52,771 bases of DNA, taken from contig CAMUMB010000002.1 in assembly GCA_947089915.1 (NCBI GenBank), forward strand, positions 1-52,771. The letters are read 5' to 3'. Each line of letters opens with the position of its first letter. The stretch's first letter is position 1. This DNA is from an uncultured Bacillales bacterium. GTDB taxonomy: Bacteria > Bacillota_I > Bacilli_A > RF39 > UBA660. The translations under genes and the position numbers were made by a program. Shown in pieces: positions 18,784-28,175 of the stretch. A model generated the notes under the pieces. It saw only the letters and a program-made list of their open reading frames with translations. It had not been told where the DNA came from and did not search any database.

Positions 18784-19740
18784 TTAACGTCCACTTTTTT
18801 CATTTGGAATATAAATTAATCTTTTTGGAATATCTATTTTAGAATCCCCAACAATATCTACTTTTTCTCCAAACAAAACATCAAAAATATGATTATAATC
18901 TTCATTTGATAATTTTTGAATGTTATTATTTCTTTTATAAATTATAATACTAATTAATACTTTGGCAATATAAGAATCAAAAGGATGAATATTAAAATCT
19001 ATAACATCTTTTATGCCTTTTATTTTATATCCACCTGAAAAATTTAAACTTGAACGAATATTATTACTAAAAATTTGTTTTTGGTCTGATGTTTCAAAAG
19101 TCATATATTGATTATAACACTCATTATAATAATTTAATAAACCTGGCTTGTCAAAAATATGACCAGTTAAACATTCTATTCCTGCAAAATTACGATAATC
19201 TCTATCTGCTTCTATATTAATAATATTTCGACCTCTAGCATGTAAATAAATATTTAAATAAAGTTTATTGGAATTAACAAATTTGCCATTATATTCACTA
19301 TATGGCTCTAAAGTTTTATCATTCCCTATCATATAGTATAAATGTGGTTTAGATGAATATACTTGTCCACCATAAACTGGTTCTCCATCTAATTCTACTG
19401 CTCCTATTGTAAAAATACTGTATTCCTTACCTGTCCTAAACTGATAAAGATGCTTTATAATTTCAGCAAGCTCTTTGATATTTAAACTCCCATACTCATG
19501 TAGAGGAAATTTATTTGATATTCTAAATAAATAAGCTTCTAAAGCATCTAAACTTGGGAAATCATTATACAAGACAAATTCTTTATTCAATTTTCTAGTA
19601 TAAAAATCTTCATAAGCTTTAGCTATCTCACCATATTTTAAATCACATTGATGTTTTAAATTTTCAATCAACTTTTTTGCTTCAACTTTTTGTTTTTTCA
19701 AATATTCAATCTCTCTAGTAAGAGCATTAATTTTATCCAT
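18784..19740 (-). CDS. hypothetical protein, N-terminal coiled coil
   Basis: True start MDKINALTREIEYLKK at ATG 19740 behind CAGGAGG. The longer track ORF runs through the tRNA. No recognisable motif. Confidence 0.6.
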   Translation of the reverse strand: MDKINALTREIEYLKKQKVEAKKLIENLKHQCDLKYGEIAKAYEDFYTRKLNKEFVLYNDFPSLDALEAYLFRISNKFPLHEYGSLNIKELAEIIKHLYQFRTGKEYSIFTIGAVELDGEPVYGGQVYSSKPHLYYMIGNDKTLEPYSEYNGKFVNSNKLYLNIYLHARGRNIINIEADRDYRNFAGIECLTGHIFDKPGLLNYYNECYNQYMTFETSDQKQIFSNNIRSSLNFSGGYKIKGIKDVIDFNIHPFDSYIAKVLISIIIYKRNNNIQKLSNEDYNHIFDVLFGEKVDIVGDSKIDIPKRLIYIPNEKSGR

Positions 19741-19790
19741 AAAACCTCCTGAATTTATAAAAACTCCACTTTTTGGAGTGCATTTGCATT

Positions 19791-19866
19791 TGGCAGGGGT
19801 AGCAAGACTTGAACTCACGACATTCGGTTTTGGAGACCGACGTTCTACCGACTGAACTATACCCCT
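19791..19866 (-). tRNA. trnW: tRNA-Trp (anticodon CCA), CCA end encoded
   Basis: Minus strand AGGGGTATAGTTCAGTCGGTAGAACGTCGGTCTCCAAAACCGAATGTCGTGAGTTCAAGTCTCGCTACCCCTGCCA folds as a cloverleaf with anticodon loop CUCCAAA. A TTGATA-N18-TAAAAT promoter lies upstream. A hairpin ACTCCAaaaagTGGAGT with a T-run follows at about 19760-19785. Confidence 0.93.
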
Positions 19867-20115
19867 AAATAAAAATTTTACAGGCACATCTATTTTATCA
19901 AATTTTAACGGATTTTATCAATATTGTACAAAGTAAAAATTGATTAAAATTGATAAAAAATGACTGACTATAATTAAAAATAATTAAAACTTTTTTGACT
20001 ACTTGGTACAATTTTTCGTACAATTTAATGATTTTGGAGTTAAAATGCTAACACCATTTACCAAAAACTCCCACAAATTAAGGGTCTTATAGTTTTAGAA
20101 ATCAAACTCCCATTG

Positions 20116-20157
20116 TTCCTTTTGGAGACCGTCATTCTACCATTGAATTACACCTCT
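20116..20157 (-). pseudogene. diverged 5' half of a tRNA-Trp (acceptor 5' arm, D-arm, anticodon loop), no 3' half
   Basis: Minus strand AGAGGTGTAATTCAATGGTAGAATGACGGTCTCCAAAA aligns to the intact tRNA at 32 of 39 positions. The D-stem changes are compensatory (GTTC/GAAC becomes ATTC/GAAT). Similarity stops right after the anticodon loop. Confidence 0.7.
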
Positions 20158-20290
20158 AAGAACAAATTGATTATAACATAAAATATAAGTACACACAATA
20201 TTTTATGCTAAAAAATTAGAAATTGCTTTATATAACACCATTTTTAGACATTTCTACCTTGATATGCATATACTATATATAGGTGATTAT

Positions 20291-20719
20291 ATGTCAATTA
20301 TCAAACATACAACTTCTGAAAGAGACTTACTAGCAAGATTGATGCGAGCAGAAGCCGTTGGCGAAGGCGATTTAGGTATGTTAATGGTAGGGAATGTTGG
20401 AGTCAATCGTGTACTTGCCAATTGTCTTACTTTTAATGATGTTAGAACAATTCAACAAATGATTTATCAAACTCCAGGTGGCTTTAGTGGAAAAGATAGC
20501 CCATTATTCTTTAGTAAACCAACTGTCAAAGAACAAGAACTCGCAGATCGTGTCATTCGGGGACAATACTACCATCCTGCGACCAATGCTTTATGGTTTT
20601 ATGCGCCTAGCACAGGACAAAGTTGTAAAGCATTATGGTGGGACCAAGAGAATACAGGGAGATATAAAAATCATTGTTTCTACCAACCATACGCTGGAGA
20701 ATGTAAAGAACTGCATTAA
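20291..20719 (+). CDS. cwlJ: spore cortex-lytic enzyme CwlJ (SleB-type Hydrolase_2 domain)
   Basis: Start ATG 20291 behind AGGTGA. LLARLMRAEAVGEGDLGMLMVGNVGVNRV...VRTIQQMIYQ...HCFYQP is colinear with B. subtilis CwlJ (LMARLLRAEAEGEGKQGMLLVGNVGINRL...LRTIRQMIYQ...HCFYQP, from memory). Confidence 0.85.
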   Translation: MSIIKHTTSERDLLARLMRAEAVGEGDLGMLMVGNVGVNRVLANCLTFNDVRTIQQMIYQTPGGFSGKDSPLFFSKPTVKEQELADRVIRGQYYHPATNALWFYAPSTGQSCKALWWDQENTGRYKNHCFYQPYAGECKELH

Positions 20720-20745
20720 AAAACTTCATCCGAAGTTTTTTATAT
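20719..20745. terminator. bidirectional terminator between convergent cwlJ and the amidase gene
   Basis: AAAAAACTTCatccGAAGTTTTTT. Confidence 0.7.
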
Positions 20746-21705
20746 TGTAATAATATCTCCTGTTTGAACTTGTTTATTCTGTAAGTGATTCTTTTTGATA
20801 AGTTCTTTCACATCTGTACGATATGCACTAGCAATCTGATATAAATTCTCTCCCTTACGTACAGAATGTTCAACTGAATTCCGATTTGGAATCTGAATCA
20901 TATCACCCATCTGCACTAAATTACTCTTCTTATGATTATATTCCATTAATTCTTTTAAATCAATATGAAACTTTTGACAGATTTGATATAAGTTTTCTCC
21001 CTTGCCTACCACATATTGAATTACCTTTTCTTCCTTTTTTGTTTTAATTTTATCTCCAGTCCGTAATAAATTATCTGTAAAGCCATTTAGTACCTTTAAT
21101 TCATCTACACTTAAATGGAATTTCTTTGCAACATTCCACATTGTATCTCCCTTAGAAACTTGATACCAATCATTTTCCACTTTACCACCAATATATTCAT
21201 AAATTGTATCCACAATGGTATCTACACCTTTATCTAAATCACCACGATTTTGGACAAATGGATAGGAAATTCTTAATACCTGCATATTTGCCGTATTCCG
21301 ATGCATCAAATAATAATCCAAATGGGCATTACTTCCCAAACGTTTGGAATGGCAAATAACCTGTTCATGATGATACATTAGATTAGAAGCAATCCGATTC
21401 GACAATTGCGAAGATTGCTTGATTCCATAAACAATTTCATATTCCTTATTCAAGTAAACGTGATTGGAAATGACGATTACAAACTTGTGGTCACCATACA
21501 TTTCTGTTATTTTTTTGATACGGTCCGATGGAAAAATAGTATCATCCTTATCTCTCACTAACATAACAGGTACATTTAACGCTTCCAATTTTTGATACAT
21601 ATATTTTGATAACTCTAATGTAATATTTTTTTCAGGTATATTGGAAAGTAAGCAACCTGTATCATCCCCACCATGACTCGCATCTATTATTATTTTATAA
21701 TCCAT
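20740..21705 (-). CDS. Amidase_3-like domain followed by three LysM domains
   Basis: N-terminal IIIDASHGGDDTG, PEKNITLEL and ISNH resemble MurNAc-L-Ala amidase. The C-terminal half has three Y.V..G(D/E)....(I/V)A repeats. There is no signal peptide. Confidence 0.75.
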   Translation of the reverse strand: MDYKIIIDASHGGDDTGCLLSNIPEKNITLELSKYMYQKLEALNVPVMLVRDKDDTIFPSDRIKKITEMYGDHKFVIVISNHVYLNKEYEIVYGIKQSSQLSNRIASNLMYHHEQVICHSKRLGSNAHLDYYLMHRNTANMQVLRISYPFVQNRGDLDKGVDTIVDTIYEYIGGKVENDWYQVSKGDTMWNVAKKFHLSVDELKVLNGFTDNLLRTGDKIKTKKEEKVIQYVVGKGENLYQICQKFHIDLKELMEYNHKKSNLVQMGDMIQIPNRNSVEHSVRKGENLYQIASAYRTDVKELIKKNHLQNKQVQTGDIITI

Positions 21706-21773
21706 ACAAATGCCCCCTAAAATAGTTTATGTAATTCATCTATTTTGGAAACGAAAAAAGAAGATTTCTCTTC

Positions 21774-22454
21774 TTAACATTTACTATCACATACATCGCC
21801 TAATACTTCATGAATGAAATCTGTATAGATTTTTTTTAGTTCTTCTTTCTGCTCGATTGTTAAAGCAACGTAAGGATCTTTTTGTGAATCCAATGTACCT
21901 TCATGACTACCTACAATTGTTCCATTTTTTACAAAGACAACAGTTGGAAAATACAAACGTAAAATAGTGTCATCATTTAGTCCTTCATAAGGCCCCAAAA
22001 CAGAGCTTAATGCTTCAACTAATTGATAATAATCTTTCGTTCCTTCCTTTTCGGTTACAATAACACCATCTTTTAAACTTTTCGTATCACGCATAGATAA
22101 AGCATTGAAATAGTATATTTTCTCAATACTTGTCTCATCAGCAGCATCTAGCAATACAGAAATCATATTACGGCACCATGGACATTCTGGAAAACCAAAA
22201 TAAATAACGCCTGTTCCATGATCTAATAGATTCATAACTTCTTGATAAGTGGCATAATAAATTTTACTGTCGTCTTTTATATCAACAGATACATATTCTT
22301 TTCCATTTGCATTTTTTTGCCCATTTAATGACTCATATTCTTCCTTAAACTTTTTTGCATCATTTGAACTAGCATGGAATATTCCAATTACAAGTAAAGC
22401 AATCAATGCAAATATAATTACAACTATCATTGTAACAACATACTTTTTCTTCAT
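21774..22454 (-). CDS. membrane-anchored thioredoxin-like protein (CPWC)
   Basis: Start at MKKKYVV (ATG 22454). One TM helix. FGFPECPWCRN redox motif. Confidence 0.7.
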   Translation of the reverse strand: MKKKYVVTMIVVIIFALIALLVIGIFHASSNDAKKFKEEYESLNGQKNANGKEYVSVDIKDDSKIYYATYQEVMNLLDHGTGVIYFGFPECPWCRNMISVLLDAADETSIEKIYYFNALSMRDTKSLKDGVIVTEKEGTKDYYQLVEALSSVLGPYEGLNDDTILRLYFPTVVFVKNGTIVGSHEGTLDSQKDPYVALTIEQKEELKKIYTDFIHEVLGDVCDSKC

Positions 22455-22469
22455 AACAAACATCCTTTT

Positions 22470-23570
22470 CTATTGACCATAAAAATCAGTAAGTGTAACT
22501 TGAATCGACTGTTCTTTTTCATTTCGCACAACAGTCAATGTTATTGTATCACCAATATTATATTGATACAATATATATTTAAAATGAGTGGCCTCTGTAA
22601 TTTGTTTTCCTTCAATCATTGTAATAATATCTCCTTTTTGTAACCCTGCTCTAGCAGCATCACTATCATTTTCAACGGATACTACTACAACCCCATTTTT
22701 AATACCACTTGGAACACGTATTTGATAATTTCGTAATAAATAAGGATTGTCCAAAGTAGATAATTGAACTCCCAGTGTTGGTCTTACGATTGGTTTTCCG
22801 TTTTCTAGTTCATCAATGGATGCCATCGCAAGCTCAATTGGAATCGCAAAACCCATTCCTTCTACTTCATCTTGTACTAACTTTAATGAAGTAATTCCAA
22901 TTACCTCACCATTAATATTAAGTAATGGTCCCCCGCTATTTCCAGGATTAATTGCTGCATCTGTTTGCAATACATCCATAATAAAACTACCTGTTGATAA
23001 TTTCACTGTAACTTTTCTATTTTGACCGGATAAAATACCCTTAGTAACCGTTCCCATATACTTACTTCCAAGTGGAGATCCAACAGTAAATACCGTATCT
23101 CCGAGTTCCATAATACTACTATCCCCTATAGACGCTACCTGTAATACCTCTTCAGAAGCAATGGATAAAACAGCGATATCGGAATATTCATCGCTTCCCA
23201 ATATTTCTGCATCAATTTCACGCTCTTGTGACGTTAATACCCTAACAGTACTTGCATCTTCAATGACATGATGATTGGTTAAAATATAGCCCTTATGCTC
23301 ATCTTTTTTATAAACAAAACCTGTCCCTGTTCCTACCAAATTACCCCTTGCATCATATTCTTCGACAACCACAACAGCATCATAAATTTTATCAATTGCC
23401 GATTTAATCGTATTGGTTTCATGTATTGTTACATCTTGCACAGTTTTCGTAGTCTCTTGACCTTTATCCGCAACCGTCTGTGGATAATGTCTATATACAA
23501 CAATTGTTCCACAAATACCAACCATAATACAAATACATCCTACGACAAAATAAGTAAATTTCTGTTTCAT
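22470..23570 (-). CDS. HtrA/DegP-family serine protease with PDZ domain
   Basis: Start ATG 23570 behind GAGGAGGA. TM anchor. Triad contexts TNHHVIED, SDIAVL, GNSGGPLLN. C-terminal PDZ (AARAGLQKGDIITMIEG). Confidence 0.9.
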   Translation of the reverse strand: MKQKFTYFVVGCICIMVGICGTIVVYRHYPQTVADKGQETTKTVQDVTIHETNTIKSAIDKIYDAVVVVEEYDARGNLVGTGTGFVYKKDEHKGYILTNHHVIEDASTVRVLTSQEREIDAEILGSDEYSDIAVLSIASEEVLQVASIGDSSIMELGDTVFTVGSPLGSKYMGTVTKGILSGQNRKVTVKLSTGSFIMDVLQTDAAINPGNSGGPLLNINGEVIGITSLKLVQDEVEGMGFAIPIELAMASIDELENGKPIVRPTLGVQLSTLDNPYLLRNYQIRVPSGIKNGVVVVSVENDSDAARAGLQKGDIITMIEGKQITEATHFKYILYQYNIGDTITLTVVRNEKEQSIQVTLTDFYGQ

Positions 23571-23578
23571 AATCCTCC

Positions 23579-24511
23579 TCATAGTGTTTTAATTTCTCTC
23601 CAATTGTCTGGAAAACCTATCTTATTTAATATAAGATTCAGTGGAACCACATCTACTTTTCCATCTAATACATCAATTTCATACCCAATTTCGTTAATCA
23701 ACTGAACAAATTCTGGTTCACTCAGCATTTGTTTCATGATAATGATAATTGCATATAAATCATTTTTTCCATAATTGTATTCATCATCTGTCATATCAAT
23801 AGAAAGCAAATAATGATATTTTGAATCTGGAATGGAACGCTGTGTTCTATGGTCATATAAAATTTCCTCATGCGCACATAAATTTCTAAAATTTGATAAC
23901 AAATTCAAATAAATAGATAATGTCTCTGGGTCTACATTATAAAGTTCGGCAATTTCTATTTGATCTTCTGTCTTTAATATGTTATACAATTCTGAAATAA
24001 TTCCAAACGACAACACTTTCACCAAAATCCACATAGGAATATAACCATAATTACTGATATAATGCATTGTTGCAGTATGTTGTGCTCCATTAACACGTAT
24101 TTGACGTTTCATTTTATTGATTACATCGTGTACTTGTCTTGTTTTCATGTGATCTTGACAGAAGTTTTTAGGATTTAAATAGTCTTTCTCCTTAAATCCA
24201 TATTTTCTAGATAATTGGTAACTAATAATAGATTTCAAATTATTTTCAATGACTAAAATATATTGAAACATAATATTACGCATTCTACGGTCAAACATAA
24301 ACATGGCATACAGTTCTTCGAAAGTTGTTCCTTCTATAAACCTATTATCTTTCATAGAGTGCATAAATAAATGGCGGTATCCATTGATAAAGAAATAATT
24401 CTCACGAAATAAAATAGCCATTGCTTTTTGTTCATCTTCAATAACAAGACCTTTTGATTTTAATATTTCTATCTGTTCATCTAATGTTTTGAATATTTTA
24501 TTCTTCGCCAT
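23579..24511 (-). CDS. Abi-like protein (Abi_2 / AbiD-AbiF family)
   Basis: Start MAKNKIF (ATG 24511) behind AGGTGA. The opening F.TLDEQIEILKSKGL.I.D...A...L....YF.INGY and the later NLCAH pattern are typical of PF07751 as I recall it. Confidence 0.7.
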   Translation of the reverse strand: MAKNKIFKTLDEQIEILKSKGLVIEDEQKAMAILFRENYFFINGYRHLFMHSMKDNRFIEGTTFEELYAMFMFDRRMRNIMFQYILVIENNLKSIISYQLSRKYGFKEKDYLNPKNFCQDHMKTRQVHDVINKMKRQIRVNGAQHTATMHYISNYGYIPMWILVKVLSFGIISELYNILKTEDQIEIAELYNVDPETLSIYLNLLSNFRNLCAHEEILYDHRTQRSIPDSKYHYLLSIDMTDDEYNYGKNDLYAIIIIMKQMLSEPEFVQLINEIGYEIDVLDGKVDVVPLNLILNKIGFPDNWREIKTL

Positions 24512-24593
24512 CTCATCACCTACAGTCATTGTTATCATTATAACATAATTTAACAAAAAAATTGTGTTTTTTTCATGAAAAATCCAGTTATTA

Positions 24594-25144
24594 TCAACTG
24601 GACTTTTGCTTTATATATTCAAGTACTCCTTCTGTAATTGCTGTTGCGATTTTATTCTGATAGGTATCTTGTGTTAATAAATATCGGTCACTACTATTAC
24701 TTAAAAAGCCAGCTTCAATTAATACACCAGGTCTTTCGATTCTTTTTTGTAAATATAAATCATCTGTTTTCTTTACACTTCTTTTGCTTCCTAAGTACTT
24801 CTTCATCTGCTCTTGCATTATTTTAGCAATTGTTTCGTTTTCTTTATTAATATCATCATAATAGACTTCAGCACCTCTCCAAATTCCTGTTTCTTCTGCA
24901 TTTAAATGAATCGATAAAAATAAATCACAATCAGAACGATTGATAATATTTCCCCTTCTTGATAAATCACTTCTTTTTCGGTTAATGGTATTGTTTACGG
25001 ATAAATCATAATCCCCATAACGCGTCATATATACAATTGCCCCTAAAGAAGCCAGCTTTTCTTCTAATTTTTTACTTATTTTTAAATTAAGGTCTGCTTC
25101 ATGGATATTTTTATACATAGCGCCTGGGTCGCTCCCCCCGTGGC
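24594..25144 (-). CDS. cwlD: cwlD 3' segment (germination-specific N-acetylmuramoyl-L-alanine amidase, gene split by the mobile element)
   Basis: From codon H (25142-25140): HGGSDPGAMYKNIHEADLNLKIS...DLFLSIHLNA...PGVLIEAGFLSN, an Amidase_3 domain lacking its first strand and signal anchor. The seven codons upstream in the track ORF are element DNA. Confidence 0.85.
25140..25144. repeat. left copy of the 5-bp core GTGGC (attL/attR crossover region)
   Basis: The identical pentamer occurs at 34585-34589. The flanking bases differ on both sides. Confidence 0.75.
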
Positions 25145-25198
25145 TGGCACCTGTTATACCCAAAAACTATATTTCTTTTATTTTTTATAGGTTATATT

Positions 25199-26803
25199 TT
25201 ATAAATCAAGATTCCATTCAATCTTAATTTCTCTTGTCTTGGTATCTTTATCTAATGCACCAACATATATTTTTTCTATAAACTCATCCACAATTATTCT
25301 AGTCAGTTTATCAATTTTCTTATATTTTTTTAGTATGCTTTCTATATCTTTTGAGTTTTCTTTTCTAGTTTCAGTTTCGTCAAGTTGTTTTTCTATATCT
25401 TCAAGTCTTGTTTGATAAGATTCAACATCTTTTGTATATTCTTCTCGAAGCATTGAAAAATCTTCTTCTGATATAATACCTTTCATCTTATCCATATAAA
25501 GATTTTTAAAGTACAACTTGCTTTCATTTAACTTTTTTTCAAGATTAGCTTTCTCTTTATTTAAATTAGTAATTAATGTATCTTGTCTATTTTGTCTTTC
25601 TAATGTTTCATTAAATTCTTCTTTTAGTAATTTTTGGTTACATTTTTTTAATAAACCATTTATAGCATCAAGTACATATTGTTCTATAATATCATATCTT
25701 ATTGATTTATTATTATCACAAGTATGATACTTTTTATTTCCTTTGCATTGTAGATATGCTCTTTTTTCCATAACTCCACCAGCACATTTAATATTACATT
25801 GATTTCTCATAAATATTCTTCCACATTCAGCACAATAAACTTTACTACTTAAAATGTGTACTTTTCCATCTTTTGCTGGTCTATGATGATTTTTTAATCT
25901 TCTCTGAACTAAATACCATGTTTCATTATCAACAATAGGTTCATGAGCATTTTCAGTAACACTCCATTCTGATTTAGGAACACTTTTAGATTTATGATTT
26001 TTATAACTAATGTTTGTTCTTTTTCCTTGTACTAAATTCCCCATATAGGTTTCATTTCTAAGCATTGTTGCGATTGTGTCTGGTGTCCATATTCCAGTAG
26101 TATCATAATCAAAATTGCAACAAACAAAATTACTTCCAATAGACTTTTTATAAAGAGATGGACATAATATTTTTCTTTCATTTAAACTTGCACATATTCT
26201 ATGATAGCCAAGTCCATTTTTGTATTTTTCAAATATTTCTCTAACAATAGGTGCAACATTTTCATCAATAATAAGTTTATGTTTATCATTAGGATCTTTC
26301 ATATAACCATAAGGAGCAAAACTTCCCATAAATAAACCATCATCTCTTTTATTCTTTAATGACTTTTTAACATTGTTAGATAAATCTTCTAAATACCATT
26401 CATTAACAAGCCCATTGATTTGTCTTGATTTTTTGTTTGCTTCATTATTAGTATCAGCATTATCAACTATACTTACAAATCTAACTCCCCATTCAATAAA
26501 CTTATTATGTAAATATCTTTCTATTACTTCCATATCTCTTGAAAATCTACTTTGTGTTTTACATAGTACAATATTTATTCTTCCATTTTCACAATCATTA
26601 ATTAACCTATTAAAATCTGGTCTTTCAACTCCTGCTCCAGAATAATCGTCATCTGAATAAATATCTACAACTTCCCAATCTTGATCCAAAGCATATTTTA
26701 AAAGCATACTTTTTTGATTAGCAATTGATTCACTATCATCGTTTTTATTCTTCTTATATCTATCTTCATCAGATAGTCTACAATATACACCTACCTTTTC
26801 CAT
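25199..26803 (-). CDS. large serine recombinase
   Basis: N-terminal resolvase domain (VGVYCRLSDED..., CKTQSRFSRD), recombinase domain, Cys-rich zinc ribbon (CAECG...C...C) and a long C-terminal coiled coil. 534 aa. Confidence 0.92.
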   Translation of the reverse strand: MEKVGVYCRLSDEDRYKKNKNDDSESIANQKSMLLKYALDQDWEVVDIYSDDDYSGAGVERPDFNRLINDCENGRINIVLCKTQSRFSRDMEVIERYLHNKFIEWGVRFVSIVDNADTNNEANKKSRQINGLVNEWYLEDLSNNVKKSLKNKRDDGLFMGSFAPYGYMKDPNDKHKLIIDENVAPIVREIFEKYKNGLGYHRICASLNERKILCPSLYKKSIGSNFVCCNFDYDTTGIWTPDTIATMLRNETYMGNLVQGKRTNISYKNHKSKSVPKSEWSVTENAHEPIVDNETWYLVQRRLKNHHRPAKDGKVHILSSKVYCAECGRIFMRNQCNIKCAGGVMEKRAYLQCKGNKKYHTCDNNKSIRYDIIEQYVLDAINGLLKKCNQKLLKEEFNETLERQNRQDTLITNLNKEKANLEKKLNESKLYFKNLYMDKMKGIISEEDFSMLREEYTKDVESYQTRLEDIEKQLDETETRKENSKDIESILKKYKKIDKLTRIIVDEFIEKIYVGALDKDTKTREIKIEWNLDL

Positions 26804-27073
26804 CTACTACAACACCTCTAATCTTAAGAGTTGTAGCAAACTTAAATCTACAAAGATATTATATATCATTTTAAGAATTATTTAAAGCTACACTATCTTC
26901 TTCACTTGCTAATATAACTCGTAGTAATTTTTTTGCTATAATATCTTCTAAATCTTTTTCTTCAATAATTACATTATTTTTATTTACATATATTACATTA
27001 TAATTTACCTCCATTTTATCTGTACCCCCTTTTTTATTCTCTATAAAGAATATCCTCCTAATTTAATCATATA

Positions 27074-27562
27074 TCAATCCTCCTTATACTTACTTAATAA
27101 TTCTTCCATGTATGCTTGTTCTTCAGAACTTGCTTTTTCTGATTTACAAACTTCTGGATGCTCCATCCAATATGGAATTAAATTATTATTAATATTATTA
27201 TTTTTTCTTGTATATTCTTTTCTTTTATATTGGTAATTTTTTACTATGTTTTTATTCTCGTTTTTTTCTAAAACTTTAGAATTTTCATTACTTACGACTG
27301 TCTTATTTAAATAAATTTTTCTTTGTCTATTAACAAATTTAACATCTATGTACTTCTTCCTTTTTAAATTATTAATAGAATTTGATATTGTTTTTTCTTT
27401 AACACTTAACTGATTAGCAAAGTAACTATTACTAGCGTAGCAATACTCCTTATTATTTGATAATGAATTAATCATACCATAAACTAACTTATCTGTTTGG
27501 GAACAAGTTTGGTCATTTAATATTATTCTTGGTACAGCTATAAAATACCTTATAAAAGCCAT
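27074..27562 (-). CDS. RepA_N-like winged-helix protein (replication-initiator-like)
   Basis: Start at ATG 27562. FIAVPRIILND...DKLVYGMI...YCYASNSYFANQLSVKEKTISNSINNLKRKKYI matches the RepA_N/HTH pattern common on Firmicute ICEs and plasmids (from memory). Confidence 0.55.
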   Translation of the reverse strand: MAFIRYFIAVPRIILNDQTCSQTDKLVYGMINSLSNNKEYCYASNSYFANQLSVKEKTISNSINNLKRKKYIDVKFVNRQRKIYLNKTVVSNENSKVLEKNENKNIVKNYQYKRKEYTRKNNNINNNLIPYWMEHPEVCKSEKASSEEQAYMEELLSKYKED

Positions 27563-27754
27563 ATATCCCACTTTCAAAATATAGTTTCTAAGTATTGGTT
27601 AAGCCTATTTTGAGCGCAATATCCCTAGGAGGATTTTTTATATCTATCCCCCAAAGATATTGTTTTAATTCATTCTATAACTTATATAGAATAGGTACTA
27701 ACATAAGCCTTTAATCTTACTGTACCTCTTATAACTAACGTTCTGTAAACTTTT

Positions 27755-28012
27755 TTAGTTAAGTGTTATTGTGTACATTCCTGTATCATATTCTTGAAAT
27801 ACTAGGTATTTTAATTTTTCTAATAGTTCTAGATTTTTTCTTAAACCCTCATTTTTAATTTTGATGATTTGTTGTATTTCTCCTATATTTATATCTGTGA
27901 TAATTCGTTCATTACCTTTAGCATATATATAAGAGTAAATATATTTTGCTTCTTTTGGAATACTTTTATCTTTCCATATTGTTTTTGGTATCTGAAACTT
28001 TACAATCTTCAT
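27755..28012 (-). CDS. small winged-helix protein
   Basis: 85 aa with the same IPK.I..D..I...AKYIYSYI...I.....IGEI pattern as the N-terminus of the neighbouring RepA_N-like protein. Divergent from the XRE gene. Confidence 0.5.
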   Translation of the reverse strand: MKIVKFQIPKTIWKDKSIPKEAKYIYSYIYAKGNERIITDINIGEIQQIIKIKNEGLRKNLELLEKLKYLVFQEYDTGMYTITLN

Positions 28013-28175
28013 TCATATCTTTTCCTCCTTCCTTTTTTTGATGAGTTTTACATCAATTTCAAATTGAGTATATCATTATATATTGAGTTTGTCAACATAG
28101 TAATTACAATTTTGTTGATTTTTACAACAATGTGTGCTATAATTTATTTATCAAACGAAAAAGAGGTGTATTAAG

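Noticed and set aside
19741-19887. N-terminal 49-codon extension of the 18784-19887 ORF.
   Set aside because: The extension is simply the translation of the tRNA-Trp gene and its terminator. A strong RBS plus ATG at 19740 gives the real start.
20040-20160. The tRNA-like sequence considered as a T-box leader, an intron-containing tRNA or a functional tRNA.
   Set aside because: No T-box or specifier features are present. The anticodon stem 3' strand, T-arm and acceptor 3' strand are absent. The GGTCT...AGACC pairing around a 38-nt loop is too weak to argue for an intron.
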